From assembly GCA_052327205.1 (NCBI GenBank), contig CM126215.1, positions 20,584,001 to 20,648,000 of the forward strand: a stretch of 64,000 nucleotides of DNA, given 5' to 3'. Below the pieces are notes generated by a model that saw only the letters and a program-made list of their open reading frames with translations, did no database searches and was not told the DNA's origin. A program made the position numbers and the translations under genes. Below are positions 36,581 through 50,110 of this stretch, in pieces (the first letter of the stretch is position 1; every line of letters begins with the position of its first letter). This DNA comes from Somniosus microcephalus. Taxonomy: Eukaryota.

Positions 36581-38335
36581 GTAACTTCATCTTGCATGCA
36601 AATAAAGCAACCTTGTAATTAATTGGGATCACCAAAAAGAGTGGCATAGAAAAGATGTTTCACTGTGTTCATGTCCAAACCCCTGTTTCCTTTTTAATGT
36701 GGAAATGACCCAAGATCTTGGGAAATGCTCCTATCTTTTTCTATCTTATGCCATCAAATTACTAGATTCTCCAATCTCTGAGCCATAGTTTTGTCCACAC
36801 ACTTGTTGGTATGTCAAGTCCTTGTTAACAGCAAACCATTCCACTCAATGGTGCAGTGTGTTGGCACAGGACACGGATGGGAGACTGTGATCCTCCACAC
36901 ACATTCAGTGCCCGAGGAAGCATTGAGTGGAAACCCGACTCCTCCCTGCTGGCTACAAGTGGTTAAATTTCAGAGCGCCGTCGGAACCAGCAGCTCATTC
37001 TTGGATGGGGTTAATGTGTGAATACAGGCAAAAGTTAGAAATGTGAAAGGGATTTTACAGAGTCTTGCCTTTATTTTTTATATAGAACATTTCACTAGTG
37101 CAATAACTACTTCAGAGACTAACTTTTGTCACTTTGATGAATTGCCCATTATCTGCAAAGTAGCATGGTGCAGCAGTTCTTTCACATCCATCAACTCAGT
37201 GCCGTCACCTTGCTGCAAGAAAGTGGTTCCATTTGTCAGAGCTGTGCATTAGTTCTCAATTAAAAATAGGTTTTTGTTGTCATTATGTCATGTACTATAA
37301 TATAAAAATCACATCTAAAGTATGTTGCAGATAACCGATGAAGAAAAGTAGCTTCTTCATTGTTTCGCACCCTGCATTTATCATGGGTGTATAACCTAGG
37401 TGCTGGGGAAACTGTGCTGAGCGCACACCCATTGTCTGTCCTCGTAGAGTAAAAAAATAGCTCTGGATCTGTAGCATATGATCCAAGCTTGGAGGACGGG
37501 ATGTGTCACTATGCCCACATGACTGGAAATATATTGTGTGTATGTTTCGAAGTATTAGGGAAACCTCCTGTGACATTGCTCACTGAGTTGGAGGAGTTGT
37601 TTTTTGCAATGCGAGCCTGCTAAGATTGGACAGCAATTGTCCCTCTTGCTCCTAGCGGGATCAGAGGTTCTTCTGTGTCCCTCCCTAAAACAGGATTTCT
37701 GTTTTATTTTCCCTGCAATTCTTTCTCCCCCACCCCCCACCAAAATTTTGACTCAACAGGATGCTTCTCCAGTCCTCCCCATGATCAGATAGTTGAAATG
37801 ATGCATTTTTACTACCTTCACTAGAAATGAACCACTTGAGCATTGTTAAATCTGGTAAATCTCGCGTAAAGTAAAACTTGTAAGGATGCCACGCTTCCCA
37901 TAGAGGGCACGAGGTTAAAAAAAATGGAAAACTTCTTGAATGCAAGGGCATTCTAGGGTCTCCATCAAAACTGGGCACATTGTGCATGTGTGTTAACCAC
38001 AGCTGTGCCTTAGCAGCACAATAATACATTGTGTTGCATGGTATCACAGCGTTGTCATAGTAAGTAAGATAGCAAGCTATTTTACAATGAGGTGTGCCCA
38101 AGAGATCTGCTATTTTTAAAAATGTCATGCTGAGAGATTGCCAACTTCATTTTATTTCTTTTCCCATTCCCAGTACTTTCAGTTTCTGCAGTGTTCTGGC
38201 ACATGTGTCCTTTTTCTATCTCATTTCTCATTTCCTTCATGTAGTCAATATGTTTTTAGTGTTCCAGTAGTTATTTCTTTTGTGCCCTTATTATTTATGA
38301 ACCAGAATGTGACTTTGTATCTGGTAAGGTACATA

Positions 38336-39045
38336 GGCCTAGAAATTCAGTGGGCCTTGCGCCCACTTAGCGCCTAAAGAGGTCTTTTGCGCTGGCGGGG
38401 TGGTAGCGCGGAAATTGAGTGCAGCGGTATTGGCGGCGGTAGCAGTTAGCGCTGCGCCGGGACCGATGACGTCATCGGTGCGCGCGGTGGCCCATAACGC
38501 CCCGAAACCGCGCCGATCCCCATATTTATTTGCGCCCGCCTCCTCCGAAGCGGGCGCAAACAGCGAACAGAAAACGGGGCCGTCCTGCTGCCATAGTGGG
38601 GCGCTTTAAAGCTGAAGGTGCGGCCGGCCGCTTTTTCGGCGGCCGCCTGCCCACACCTCCTTCCCCGGCCTCCTCCACCCCCCCCCCCCCCCCGCGGCAT
38701 TGCCAGCTGGTTTCCGTGGAGCCCGGCACTTCTCCGTTGTGCCGGGCTCTTTTGCCGGCACTCGCGATCGGGGCTCCGGCCGTTGCAGGCACCTCCCCCT
38801 TAAGAGAAGGAGGAGGCCTGCAGTACCGCAGCCTGCCGCACCGCATCGGGTGGCGCTGCGGCAACTAGTGCGCCGATATTCAGTTGCAGCGCCCCAAACG
38901 GAGGCGGGCACACCCTGGTATAGCGCCCGCTTCCGAATTGGGGCGCAGAAGACGAATATACGGCATGCGCTAATGCCTCCCCGCCCAGCGCTAACTTTTG
39001 GGCGCGCGCGAGCGAGCTGCCCGCGCCCAAGTGAATTTGTAGGCC
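38336..39045. mobile_element. GC-rich PIF/Harbinger-like MITE
   Basis: TIRs GGCCTAGAAATTCA / TGAATTTGTAGGCC (1 mismatch); ATA duplication at 38333-38335 and 39046-39048. Confidence 0.72.
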
Positions 39046-39348
39046 ATAGTGTTAGATCCGTGATTCTTAAAATAGGATGTTTTCCAATAACTACACGGAT
39101 GCTGTAATTTAACAATCAACAGGTGTTTACTGGAGTAGGGTAGTCTCAAGACTGGGAGTACAGAGGCATGCTCAAGGCTTATATATAAGTGTGGTCACTG
39201 CCGGTACTACAGTATACAGGAGCTGTAAAAGTAGTTCTCTCTTAAAAGGTACATACACTACAATTCCCCCCCTTTTAGATTAGCAGTACCCATAATATGC
39301 AAATAACAATTAACACTTTAACATGCACATTAAACAGAAATAGTCCAT

Positions 39349-40536
39349 TTATAGATTCAGTCTTTGGGGCGGCTTCCTGATCCTTTCTGGATAGCGCCTT
39401 TCCTGAGGTTCTTGTTCTTGGTGCGGAGGCGATTCTGGCCCCCTTTCATCGGTTTCCACTGCTACTGTTTCTGAGGTAGATGCTACCGATATGTCGGGTT
39501 CATCCCCAGGTACGCGACACATGGGGTTGACTCGTTCCTGTGACGCTAAGATCTGGTCGACGTGGCGTCTCACAATGTTCTCCCCGACATCCACTGTGTA
39601 CATTAATGGCCCCTGCCGTGTGCATATCGTTTCGGGTTGCCATTTCTCTGTTTGGTAGTCACGGGCCAAGACTGGTTGTCCTACATTGAAGCTCCTTGTC
39701 GGCTTCTCATTGATGTGCTGGAATTGTTTATCCTCAACATTTCTTCGCACATTTGGTCTGAGCAAATCCAGACGAGATCTCAACCTTCGGTTAAAGAACA
39801 TCATGGCCAGGGTCTGGTTGGTAACTGCATGTGTCGCATTTCTGTAGGCTAACAGGAAATTGTCCACCTTATGCTGTAGTGGAATTTCATCATCGCACAT
39901 GGCCTTTATCGCCTTTTTTAAAGGTTTGTACGAACCTCTCAGCCAATCCATTTGTGGCTGGATGATACGGGGCGGATGTGTAATGCCTTACCCCATTCCT
40001 TCTCATAAATTTCCGAAACTCTTCGGACACAAACTGTGGTCCATTATCAGAGCAAATCTGCTCTGGCAAGCCGTTCCTGGCAAATATGGTCCGTAGGACT
40101 GCAATCGTTTTCTCTGTAGTGGTTGAGGACATTTTTATCACCTCAGGCCATTTCGAGTGCGCATCCACTGCTATTAAGAACATTGAGTCCATGAATGGAC
40201 CAGCAAAATCAATATGCACCCGTTGCCATGGAGAGGAGGGCCAATCCCATGGGTGTAGAGGGGCATGTGGTGGTGCATTTTGGACTTTCTGGCATCCTGA
40301 GCAGCTCTTGGTTAGGTCCTCGATTTGTTGATCAATCCCCGGCCACCACACAAGCCCTAGCAAGGCTTTTAATTTTCACCCCTCCCAGATGACCTTCGTG
40401 AAGCTCATTTAGCACTCTCTCCCTTAACTTCAGTGGAATTACCACTCGGGATCCACACATCACTGTCCCCTGGCATACTGACAGCTGTTCTCTTCTGGAT
40501 GAGAATGCTGGCAACAGTGAGTCGCCATGTGTTGGC
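39349..40536 (-). pseudogene. Gypsy C integrase, frameshifted
   Basis: ORFs 40332..40658 (ELHEGHLGG), 39890..40363 (HIDFAGP, SDNGPQF) and 39349..39951 (ends RKPPQRLNL). Confidence 0.92.
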
Positions 40537-43500
40537 TGTAATGATATCAGCAAATAAAGATGGTATTTGCCTGTTCGATTATGATGCCTTACCAGCATGA
40601 TTGCATGTATTGATTGCTTGTGCCTGACCAGCAGAGGGTATGTGACCGAGACAAGCAAGGCAGTTGAGTTTAGTTTCAGTTTCGTTCTAGCTGCATCACG
40701 AGCAGGATGTCTCCTGTAAATGCTGTATAAAGAGTTGAACAGACTTTAGATTAAAAGACATTCTCTTTCATAAATGTCTCGTCATTGAACCCACAAAGAA
40801 ATCAATACATGGTGTCAGAAGTGATTGAAAGAGATGAAGAGGAAAAATCTGAAGTTAAATCAGCTCTCCACAGATTAGCAAGCCAAAAGAGAACATCGTT
40901 ACTTACCATTAGAGAATAGCTAACGAAGTGAAAAATGGAAGGTTTACTCCCACCGGCGACGCTTCAGTTGACAGGTAATGTGGCTGAAAATTGGAGGAGA
41001 TTCAAACAACGTGTAGAGTTGTATTTAGCGGCAATCGGAGCTGACGAGAAAAGTGATGATAAGAAATCGTCAGTGTTCTTCCATGTTGTGGGTGATGAAG
41101 CGCTGGAGGTGTATAATAATTTCACATTCGCTGCTGATGGAGACAAAATGAAGCTAGATAAAATAATGGAACAGTTTGAGGCCTACTGCATACCTTAACG
41201 TGACGTTTGAGAGGCACAGATTTTTCACGTGTACAGAAAACGGGTGAGACTATTGATCAGTATGTGACTGAACTGAGAAACCGAAGCAAATCGTGTGAAT
41301 TTGGGGGACTGACAGACTCGCTGATAAAAGACAGACTGGTGTGTGGTATTCCAGATAATGGTCTAAGGGAAAGACTGCTAAGAAAGCAAAATCTAGACCT
41401 GGGAAAAGCCATAGCACTGTGTAGGGCTACAGAGACTGTGAAGTTGCAGGCAAAGGAGCTGTTCAGTGACAATAGCTGCAACGTGGATGCAGTGAGAAAG
41501 AACGGACACAAACAGTTTAACAAAAAGCGCCAATGTGAAAAAAGAGGCATGGCCAGCGAACGAAAATGAAAGGGGCAATCGAAAGTCATGTAGTCAATGC
41601 GGTACACAGCATCCACCAAGAAAGTGCCCAGCATATGGTAAAACATGCAATAGTTGCAACAAGAACAACCATTATGCCCGTTGCTGTAAGAACCAAGCGC
41701 AACAAAGCAAGGTCCATACAGTAGATGAAAGCGAGATAGAGGAGTTCAATGTAGATGTTGTGTCTGAAAACAAAAAAGAAGAAAGTGACTGGATGTTGAC
41801 ACTAAAAGTGAATGACATACACATTCCATTTAAATTGGATACTGGAGCACAAGTTAATGTGATATCAGAGACTGATTTTAAGAAAATTAGACCCAGACCA
41901 AAGATACATGGAATAAAAGTGAAAGTGACAGGATACTCAGGTACTGATATACCAGTGAAAGGAAGATGCATTGTCAAAGTAACACACAAGGACAGAGAGC
42001 ACACGCTAGCATTAATCGTGGTACCAAAGGATGTGCAAGCCATACTAGGTTTAAAAGCCTGTGAGACACTGAACCTGGTAAAGAGAGTCCTCGTTGTGGA
42101 AAGCGAAGGAGAGACAGTCTATGATGAACTCATGAAAGAGTACAACGACCTATTTAAGGGTCTAGGCTGCATTCTAGGAGAACACACGATCAGAGTAGAT
42201 AAAAGTATGACACCGGTCATACATCCATGCAGAAAAGTCCCGTTTGCTCTTCAAAAGCAACTGCAGGCAGAGTTGGACAGGATGGAAAGCCTGAACGTGA
42301 TTCGGAAGATAGATGAGCCAACTGAGTGGGTGAGTTCCCTCGTCGTAGTGGACAAAAAGAATGGAAAGCTCGGAATTTGCCTGGATCCAAGAAATCTAAA
42401 CAGAGCAACAAAGAGAGAGCACTTCAAGCTTCCTACACGTGAGGAAATCATGGCACAGTTTGCAAATGCAAAGTATTTCAGCAAGTTAGATGCATCATCA
42501 GGATTTTGGCAGATGAAATTGGACGAAGCAAGTTCAAGACTGCACGTTCAACAGTCCATTTGGCAGATACAGATTCCTAAGGTTACCATTTGGCATTGCC
42601 TCAGCTCCTGAAGTGTATCACAAAACTATCCATATGATCTATGAGCACCTGGAGGGAGTTGATACATCAATGGATGACATCATAGTATGGGGAACCACGA
42701 GAACTGAGCATGACGAGAGACTGAAAAAAGTGCTGGAAGCAACAAGGAAAACAAACCTGAAGCTGAATAGAGAGAAATGCCAGCTCGGGGTGACAGAACT
42801 GACATTCGTGGGAGATATCCTTAGCAGTGAGGGCATCAGACCAGATCCCAGAAAGGTGTCCGCCATTGAGAATATGCCAAAGCCACAATGCAAAAAGGAC
42901 GTGCAGAGGTTTAATGGAATGATCAACTACATGGGTAAATTCATATCCAACCTCTCAGAAAAGATGGCGCCACTGAGACGACTAACTGAAAAGAACATAG
43001 AATGGGAATGGAATCATGAGCATGAGAAGTCATGGAGCGATCTAAAGAAACTGCTCACAGAGGAACCAGTTCTGAGGTTTTATGACCCAGCGAGACCCAT
43101 CAAGATATCATCAGATGCATCACAGAGTGGGCTCGGTGCCGTTCTTCTGCAACAATATGACTGACTACTGGCAACCTATTGCATATGCATCGCACTCAAT
43201 GACAGACGCGGAGACGCGATATGCTCAAATAGAAAAGGAGCTGCTCAGCATCACATACGCCTGTGAAAGATTTCACCAGTTTGTGGCAGGACAAGCAATC
43301 AGTGTAGAGACTGACCATAAGCCCTTGATTGCATTGTTCCAAAAGCCACTAAATAGCTGTCCGCTTAGAATACAAAGAATGATGATCAGGCTGCAACGCT
43401 ATACACTGAATGTTGCGTACACACCGGGTAAACTGATGTATACAGCAGACACGTTGTCCAGAGCTGTTGACCCAAGTGAGCCCGCAAACACCAAGATGGA

Positions 43501-45309
43501 TGAAAAAGTGAACGCCTACGTGGACATGATCACAAGTGCACTGCCCATAGCAGATGCAAAAATGGAGCTCATAAAGACTGAGACAAACAAAGATGAAACA
43601 ATGAGACGACTGAGGAAAAGCATCTTGGATGGATGGCCCAACATGAAGCAAGACTGCTCACCTGACATGGCAGAGTACTGGAACTGCAGGGTGGAACTAT
43701 CAGTGGTCGAAGACATCACCTACAAAGGAAGTAAAATACTTATCCCAAAGAGTCTGAGAAAAGAGATGTTAAAAAAGATCCATGGAGGACATCTGGGAAT
43801 CAAAGTGTAAGAAAAGAGCACGAGAGGTGATGTACTGGCCACGAATCAACCAAGATGTGACAAATGAGGTGTCAAACTGCACAATATGCCTGAAATATCG
43901 AGCAAGCAATCCGGTAGAACCACTAAAGCCACACCCAGCGCCAGACAGACCTTACCAGAAGGTAGGCGCTGACCTATTCGTATGTCAAGGGAAGGACTAT
44001 CTTGTAGTCACAGACTATTACTCCCTGTATCCAGAGGTTTGTAGACTGTACACCACCACTGCAGATGCTGTGATAACATGTATGAAAGCCATATTCTCCA
44101 GACATGGCGTGGCAAGCGAGGTCTTCACAGACAACGGACCCCAGTTTTACAATGCAAGTTTCCAACACTTTGCCAAAGAGTGGGACTTTGTCCACACAAC
44201 GTCAAGTCCTCACTTTCCACAGTCCAATGGACTAGTGGAAAAATCGGTCCAGACAGTGAAAAGACTGATGTACAAGGCAAAAGACAGTGGAACTGACTTC
44301 TACCAGAGCATGCTTGTATACCGCACAACGCCGCCCGAGTGTGGTATGTCACCAGCCCAACTCCTTATGGGACGTCGGCTAAGGTCAAACCTACCCATCC
44401 CGGAGAACCACCTGAAAACAAAAGAGGGGGAGAAAGTGAGGAAGTTCAAAGAACAACAGAAAGAAAAGCAAAAGTACTACTATGATAGAGGAACACAAAA
44501 CCTACCTGAACGCCACACTGGTGACCAAGTAAGGTTCAAAGACAAAACAAACATATGGACTCAGAAGGGAACTGTCCTGAGTGAAGTTCAACCAAGATCA
44601 TACACCATTCAGACAGATGAGGGTGCTGTTCTGAGAAGAAATCGTCGAGATCTTCTCATGGGACCAGCCACAGCAGGTCAAGAGACTGATACTGTTGAAC
44701 AACCTGATCACACAGCTGAGAAACCATCATCTGAGGCAACAACTCAGATTCAAGGACAATCAATCAGAAAATCCTCAAGACGCGTGAAGCCTCCTGAGAG
44801 ACTCATTGAGCAAATTTAAGGACTATTGTTATAGAAGGAAGTAATGTTATCTTATTCTTTCTTCAAGTTCTAGTGTATTGACATATTTCATGTGAACACA
44901 CAAAGCAGAGTTAAAAAACCTTGATCATGATAATGATAATGCAAGTTCATTAAGTGTTACAGTTAAAATGCAGATTAATACAAAGAAAACATGTTGTTAG
45001 TTAAAAGTAAAATACTTTTGTTTTAAGAAAGGGAGATGTAATGATATCAGCAAATAGAGATGGTATTTGCCTGTTCGATTATGATGCCTTAATAACATGT
45101 TTGCATGTATTGATTGCTTGTGCCTGACCAGCAGAGGGCATGTGACCGAGACAAGCAAGGCAGTTGAGTTTAGTTTCAGTTTCGTTCTAGATGCATCACT
45201 AGCAGGATGTCTCCTGTAAATGCTGTATAAAGAGTTGAACAGACTTTAGATTAAAAGACATTCTCTTTCATAAATGTCTCGTCATTGAACCCACAAAGAA
45301 ATCAATACA
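40537..45309 (+). mobile_element. Ty3/Gypsy LTR retrotransposon 'D' (different family), nested in C
   Basis: 273-bp LTRs at 40537-40809 and 45037-45309 (~8 differences); exact TSD TTGGC; PBS TGGTGTCAGAAGTG (tRNA-Leu(CAA)-like); PPT AAGAAAGGGAGA. Confidence 0.96.
40935..44819 (+). pseudogene. Gypsy D gag-pol with multiple frameshifts
   Basis: ORFs 40935..41198, 41207..41569, 41535..42611 (LDTGA, LDASSGFWQ), 42613..43164 (SMDD, SDAS), 43082..43810 and 43782..44819 (TDNGPQF, NGLVEK). Confidence 0.92.
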
Positions 45310-48059
45310 TTGGCCATCCCCTCACCGTCAAATCATATACCCGAGACCGTGTCAGATCATTGCGGGTCTCCTCTATATCCGCGTTAGTTACTGGCAATCG
45401 TTCAATTATTGACGAATAAAATATCTCGATAGGGTCCACTGCTGGTGCTTCCTCCACAGTAGGCAGTGGCAAGCGTGATAGCCCATCAGCGTTTCCATGC
45501 TGTTTCGTGCCTTTATATTCTATTTCATATTGGTTCACCCCTAGAAAAAGGGACCATCTTTGTAACTGTTGTGCAGTCATCACCGGAACACCCTTCTTTG
45601 AATTAAAGATGGAGACAAGTGGTTGGTGGTCAGTCAGCAAGGTGAACTTCTGCCCATGCAGATAGTGGTTGAAGTTTTTTACTCCCCATACTAGGCTGAG
45701 GGCCTCCCTGTCGATGTGGGCGTAGTTACTCTCGGCTGAGGTTAGTGACCGAGACGCAAAGGCTACTGGCCTCTCCAACCTGTCTGGGAATTTGTGCGAC
45801 AGCACCGCTCCAATACCATAGGGTGATGCATCACATGCCAACCGAATTGGTAGTGCTGGGTTGAAATGGGCCAACACCTCTTTTGATGTGATCAATTCTT
45901 TGCAGTTCTGGAAAGCTCGTTTGCATTAGTCATTCCACTTCCTTAGTACCCCCGTTTGCAGTAGGGTGTTCAGTGGGTGTAATACTGTAGACAAATTTGG
46001 TAAGAACTTATGGTAGTAGTTCGTCAGCCTGAGGAACGACCTCAGTTGTGACACATTTTCCGGTGCTGGAGCCTTGACTACTGCCTCAATCTTTTCAGGG
46101 GACTTATGTAACCCCTCTTTATCAATAGCGTGGCCACAATACGAGATCTGCTTCTGGAAAAACTCGCACTTGTGGCGATTAGCTCGTAGCCCATATTCCT
46201 TTAATCTAGTGAGCACCTTCTCCAGGTTGGCGAGGTGATCACTGTCATTTTCGCCTGTGACCAGGATGTCGTCCAAATAACACTGGGTCCCTGGAATCCC
46301 TTGCAGGACTTGATCCATTGCCCTTTGCCAAGTAGCCGGAGCCGATGCTACCCCGAACACCAGCCGGTTGTATTGGTAGAGACCTTTGAGTGTTGATCGT
46401 GAGGTATTGTTTCGAGGCTTCTTCTACCTCCATTTGCAAGTACGCCTGGGCCAGATCAATTATGGTGAAGCGTTTACCTCCAGATAGCGAGGCGAAAATA
46501 TCCTCAATCCATGGAAGCGGATATTGTACCGTGTGAAGGACTGGGTTCACCGTCACCTTAAAATCCCCACAGATGCGGACCTTCTTTGTTTCCCCAGGCG
46601 TATTACTCAACGACCTCTTCATTACAGGAACGATGGGTGTAGCCCACTCGCTCCAGTCTACTTTGGACAGTACTCCTGAACGTTCCAACCCTTCCAGCTC
46701 TGCTTTGACAGCCGGTCGGATCGCATAAGGCACCGGTCTGGCCTTAAAAAAAACTTTGGGCTTGCATTTTCCTCTATTTTAATCGTTGCTGTTATGCCTT
46801 TTAGTGTTCCGAGTCCCTCCTGGAACACTTCTTATGCGTCAGTTAGCATTTTTGACAGTCGTCCAGGTGTGACGTCGTCATCATTTTTGGCCTCAACCTT
46901 CAGTGCCTGTATGGAATGCCAATCTAATTGTATCTTCCGGATCCATTCACGTCCTAGTAGTGGTGGTCCTCCATCTGGCAATACATATAGGTCCATTTTA
47001 GGTATTTCCTGGCCTTTGTATATCACTTTCACCCTTATTTTTCCTTTGGGGTAGACTTTTTGCCCTGTGTACGTCTTCAAGACAATCTCTGTAGCTTTCA
47101 AGGGTATATGTGAGAATAGCCGCTTGTAGTCCCTTTTGGTTTATGACTGTTAGGGCTGATCCAGTGTCCAATTCCATTTTCACTTGGACTCCGTCTATCT
47201 TGAGTGTGACCCAGATAGTCTGGTGATCCTCCATTTTGGTCACCTTATGTAGTTTCAGAGAACCCAGCTCCTTGCTTCCGGAGTCTGTATCACTTTCCTG
47301 TTCGTCTGAACTACTGTCCATCACCTTGTGTACCTTTTTGTACTTCTCCTGTGGAGATTTCTTGCTGTTGGCTTTCTTCCCTGACCTGCAGACTCTTGCT
47401 ATGTGTCCTGTTTTTCCACACTGTCTGCACACTTGGTCCTTGAACCAACAATCCTTCTGGTCGTGTGTTGTTCTGCCGCAGCGATAACACTTCCCTGCTC
47501 CATATGACATTTCATTGGTGCCATATTCTTGCGGTCTCCGTTGTATCTCAGCAGCGCCCCGTGCGGCTGCTTCATGTGATACTGCCATGCTGAAAGCCTT
47601 GTCCAGCATAAGATCCTTTTCTGATAGAAGCCGTTCCTGGGTTCCTTCACTTTGAAGCCCACACACAAACTTGTCCCTTAATGTATCTGATAGTCCCACT
47701 GCAAACTGGCAGTGTTTCGATAGCTTGCGCAGTTCCGTTAAGTACTCCGCATTACTTTCGTCTTTATGTTGGTTCCTTTTGTGGAACTTAAATCTTCCTG
47801 CTATCAGCAGCGGTGTGGGGTTTAAGTGGTCCTGTAGGATTTCTACTATGTTTTTGAAATTCTTATCCACGGGCTTCTCTGGGGTTATTAGGTTTCGCAG
47901 TAACCCATAAGTTTTTGCACCCATGGAATTTAACAAAACCAGTGCTTTCCTAGCATCTGGCACTTCATTCGCCCTGCAGTGCACCTCAATGCGTTCCACA
48001 TATGTCGCCCAATCTTTGACGTCATTGTCGAACGCAGTGATACTGCCACTCTTCGACAT
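45310..48059 (-). pseudogene. Gypsy C gag, protease, RT and RNase H; frameshifted
   Basis: ORFs 46998..48059 (two CCHC knuckles, LDTGS), 46832..47101, 46245..46733, 45926..46360 (YLDD) and 45302..45895 (CDASPYGIG). Confidence 0.92.
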
Positions 48060-48915
48060 CCCTGGGTGTGATTTAACTGTCTAAAATGGCGTCTCCCGCG
48101 CTCTCCCTTCTTCTCCGCTGGCACAAAATGGCGTCTCCCGCGCTCTCCTTTCTTCCCGTGCTCGCCCTTCTCCGCTGCGGCTTCTAAAAATGGCGTCTCC
48201 CGCGCTCTCCCTTCTCCCCACGGACGCGGTTCAGCCGTTGAGCCCTGGCTGTGCTCTGCGCGTTCTCCTGTGCGCCTTTCCCGTTGCCGTCGCTCGGTCC
48301 TGAACCCGGCTGCTGCTTTACTCTGTCTCTGTCTCTGTCTCTGTTTTTCCTCAACGCCGCTCGGTTTTCAACCCCCGGCTGCGCCCTGTGCGCTTCACCC
48401 TCTCTCTTACCCCGTCGACGCTGCTCGGCTTTTTCTATGCCGTCGGTCGGCTCCAGCCGTTGCTGTCCGGGAAGGGTCTGCGCTGTACCTGTTGCCAGTC
48501 TGTTGCTGGATCGTCGTGGCTGGGGAACCAAGCTCGGCTCTCAACAGCCTCCCCTGCGATGTTTACTCTCTGCCAGATGACTGGGTGGTTGCTCGTGGTC
48601 GACGCCTGTGCTGCTGGCCTCGACTTTCTTCCACCGTCCTCCCGGAGTGAATCCTTGAAGGGAAATGCAGAGTTGCAGGCAGATTCGAATCGACCTCGTC
48701 GCCACTGTTAGATCCATGATTCTTAAAGTAGGATGTTTTCCAATAACTACACGGAGGCTGTAACTTAACAATCAACAGGTGTTTACTGGAGTAGGGTAGT
48801 CTCAAGACGGAGTACAGAGGGATGCTCAAGGCTTATATACAGGTGTGGTCACTGCCGGTACTACAGTATACAGGAGCTGTAAAAGTAGTTCTCTCTTCAA
48901 GGTACATACACTACA

Positions 48916-50110
48916 CATAGGATTACACAGGATATACGGCACAGAAACAGGCCATTCGGCCCAACCAGTCCATGCCGGCGTTTATGCTCCACTCGCCCCT
49001 CCTCCCGTCTTTCCTCTATTCTATCAGCATAACCCTCTATTCCCTTCTCCCTTGTATGTTTGTCCAGCCTCCCCTCAAATGCACCCATACTATTTGCTTC
49101 AACCACTCCCTGTGGTAGCGAGTTCCACATTCTCACCATTCTCTGGGTAAAGAAGTTTCTTCTAGAAACATAGAAGATAGGAGCAGGAGTCGGCCATTTC
49201 GGCCTCTCGAGCCTGCTCCACCATTTAATGAGATCATGGCTGATCATCCAAACTCAGTACCCTGTCCCTGCTTTCTCCCAATATCCCTTGATCCCTTTGG
49301 CCGTAAGAAATATATCCAACTCCTTCTTGAATATATTTAATGAATTGGCCTCAACTGCCTTCTGTGGTAGAGAATTCCACAGGTTCACCACACTCTGGGT
49401 GAAGAAATTCCTCCTCATCTCTGTCCTAAATGGCTTACCCCTTATCCTTAGACTGTGACCCCTGGTTCCGGACTCCCCCGTCATCAGGAACATCCTTCCT
49501 GCATCTAGTCTGTCTAGTCCTGTAAGAATTTTATAAGTTTCAATGAGATCCCCTCTCATTCTTCTAAACTCCAGCGAGTATAAGCCCAATCGACCCAATC
49601 TCTCCTCATACGTCATTCCTGCCATCCCAGGTATCAGTCTGGTGAATCTTTGCTGCACTCCCTCCATGGCAAGAACATCCTTCCTCAGATAAGGAATCCC
49701 CTATTGGATTTCTTGGTGACTATCTTATATTGATGGCCTCTAGTTTTGCTCTTCCCCACAAGTGGAAACATTCTCTCTCTATCCACTCTATCAAAACCTT
49801 TTCATAATTTTAAAGACCTCCTATTAGGTCAGCCCTCCGCCTTCTCTCCAAGAGAAGAGAGACCCAGTTTGTTCATCCTTTCCTGATATGTCTCCCCTCG
49901 CATTTCTGGTATCATCCTTGTAAATCTTTTTTTTGCACCCTCTCCAGTGCCTCTATATCCTTTTTATAATATGGCGACCAGAACTGCACGTAAACTCCAA
50001 GTGTGGTCTAACCAAGGTTCGATGCAGGTTTAGCATAGCTTCACTACTTTTCAATTCAATCCCTCTGGAAATAAACCCTAGTGCTTGGTTTGCTTTTTTA
50101 ATGGCCTTGT
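48916..50110 (-). mobile_element. CR1 3' fragment with a second CR1 (49163-49694) nested inside
   Basis: ORFs 48897..49247 and 49254..49667 carry CR1 C-terminal motifs; the outer copy resumes at ~49695. Confidence 0.85.

Larger units (their letters stand above)
39050..48915 (-). mobile_element. Ty3/Gypsy LTR retrotransposon 'C' (same lineage as A and B), host of nested element D
   Basis: LTRs at 48706-48915 (5') and 39050-39262 (3'); exact TSD CATAG; PBS as revcomp ctcgtcgcca at 48695-48704; PPT as revcomp attccccccctttt at 39263. Confidence 0.96.

Noticed and set aside
38400-39115. CpG-island promoter or coding exon
   Set aside because: Bounded by TIRs and a TSD; the overlapping ORFs in many frames reflect GC richness.
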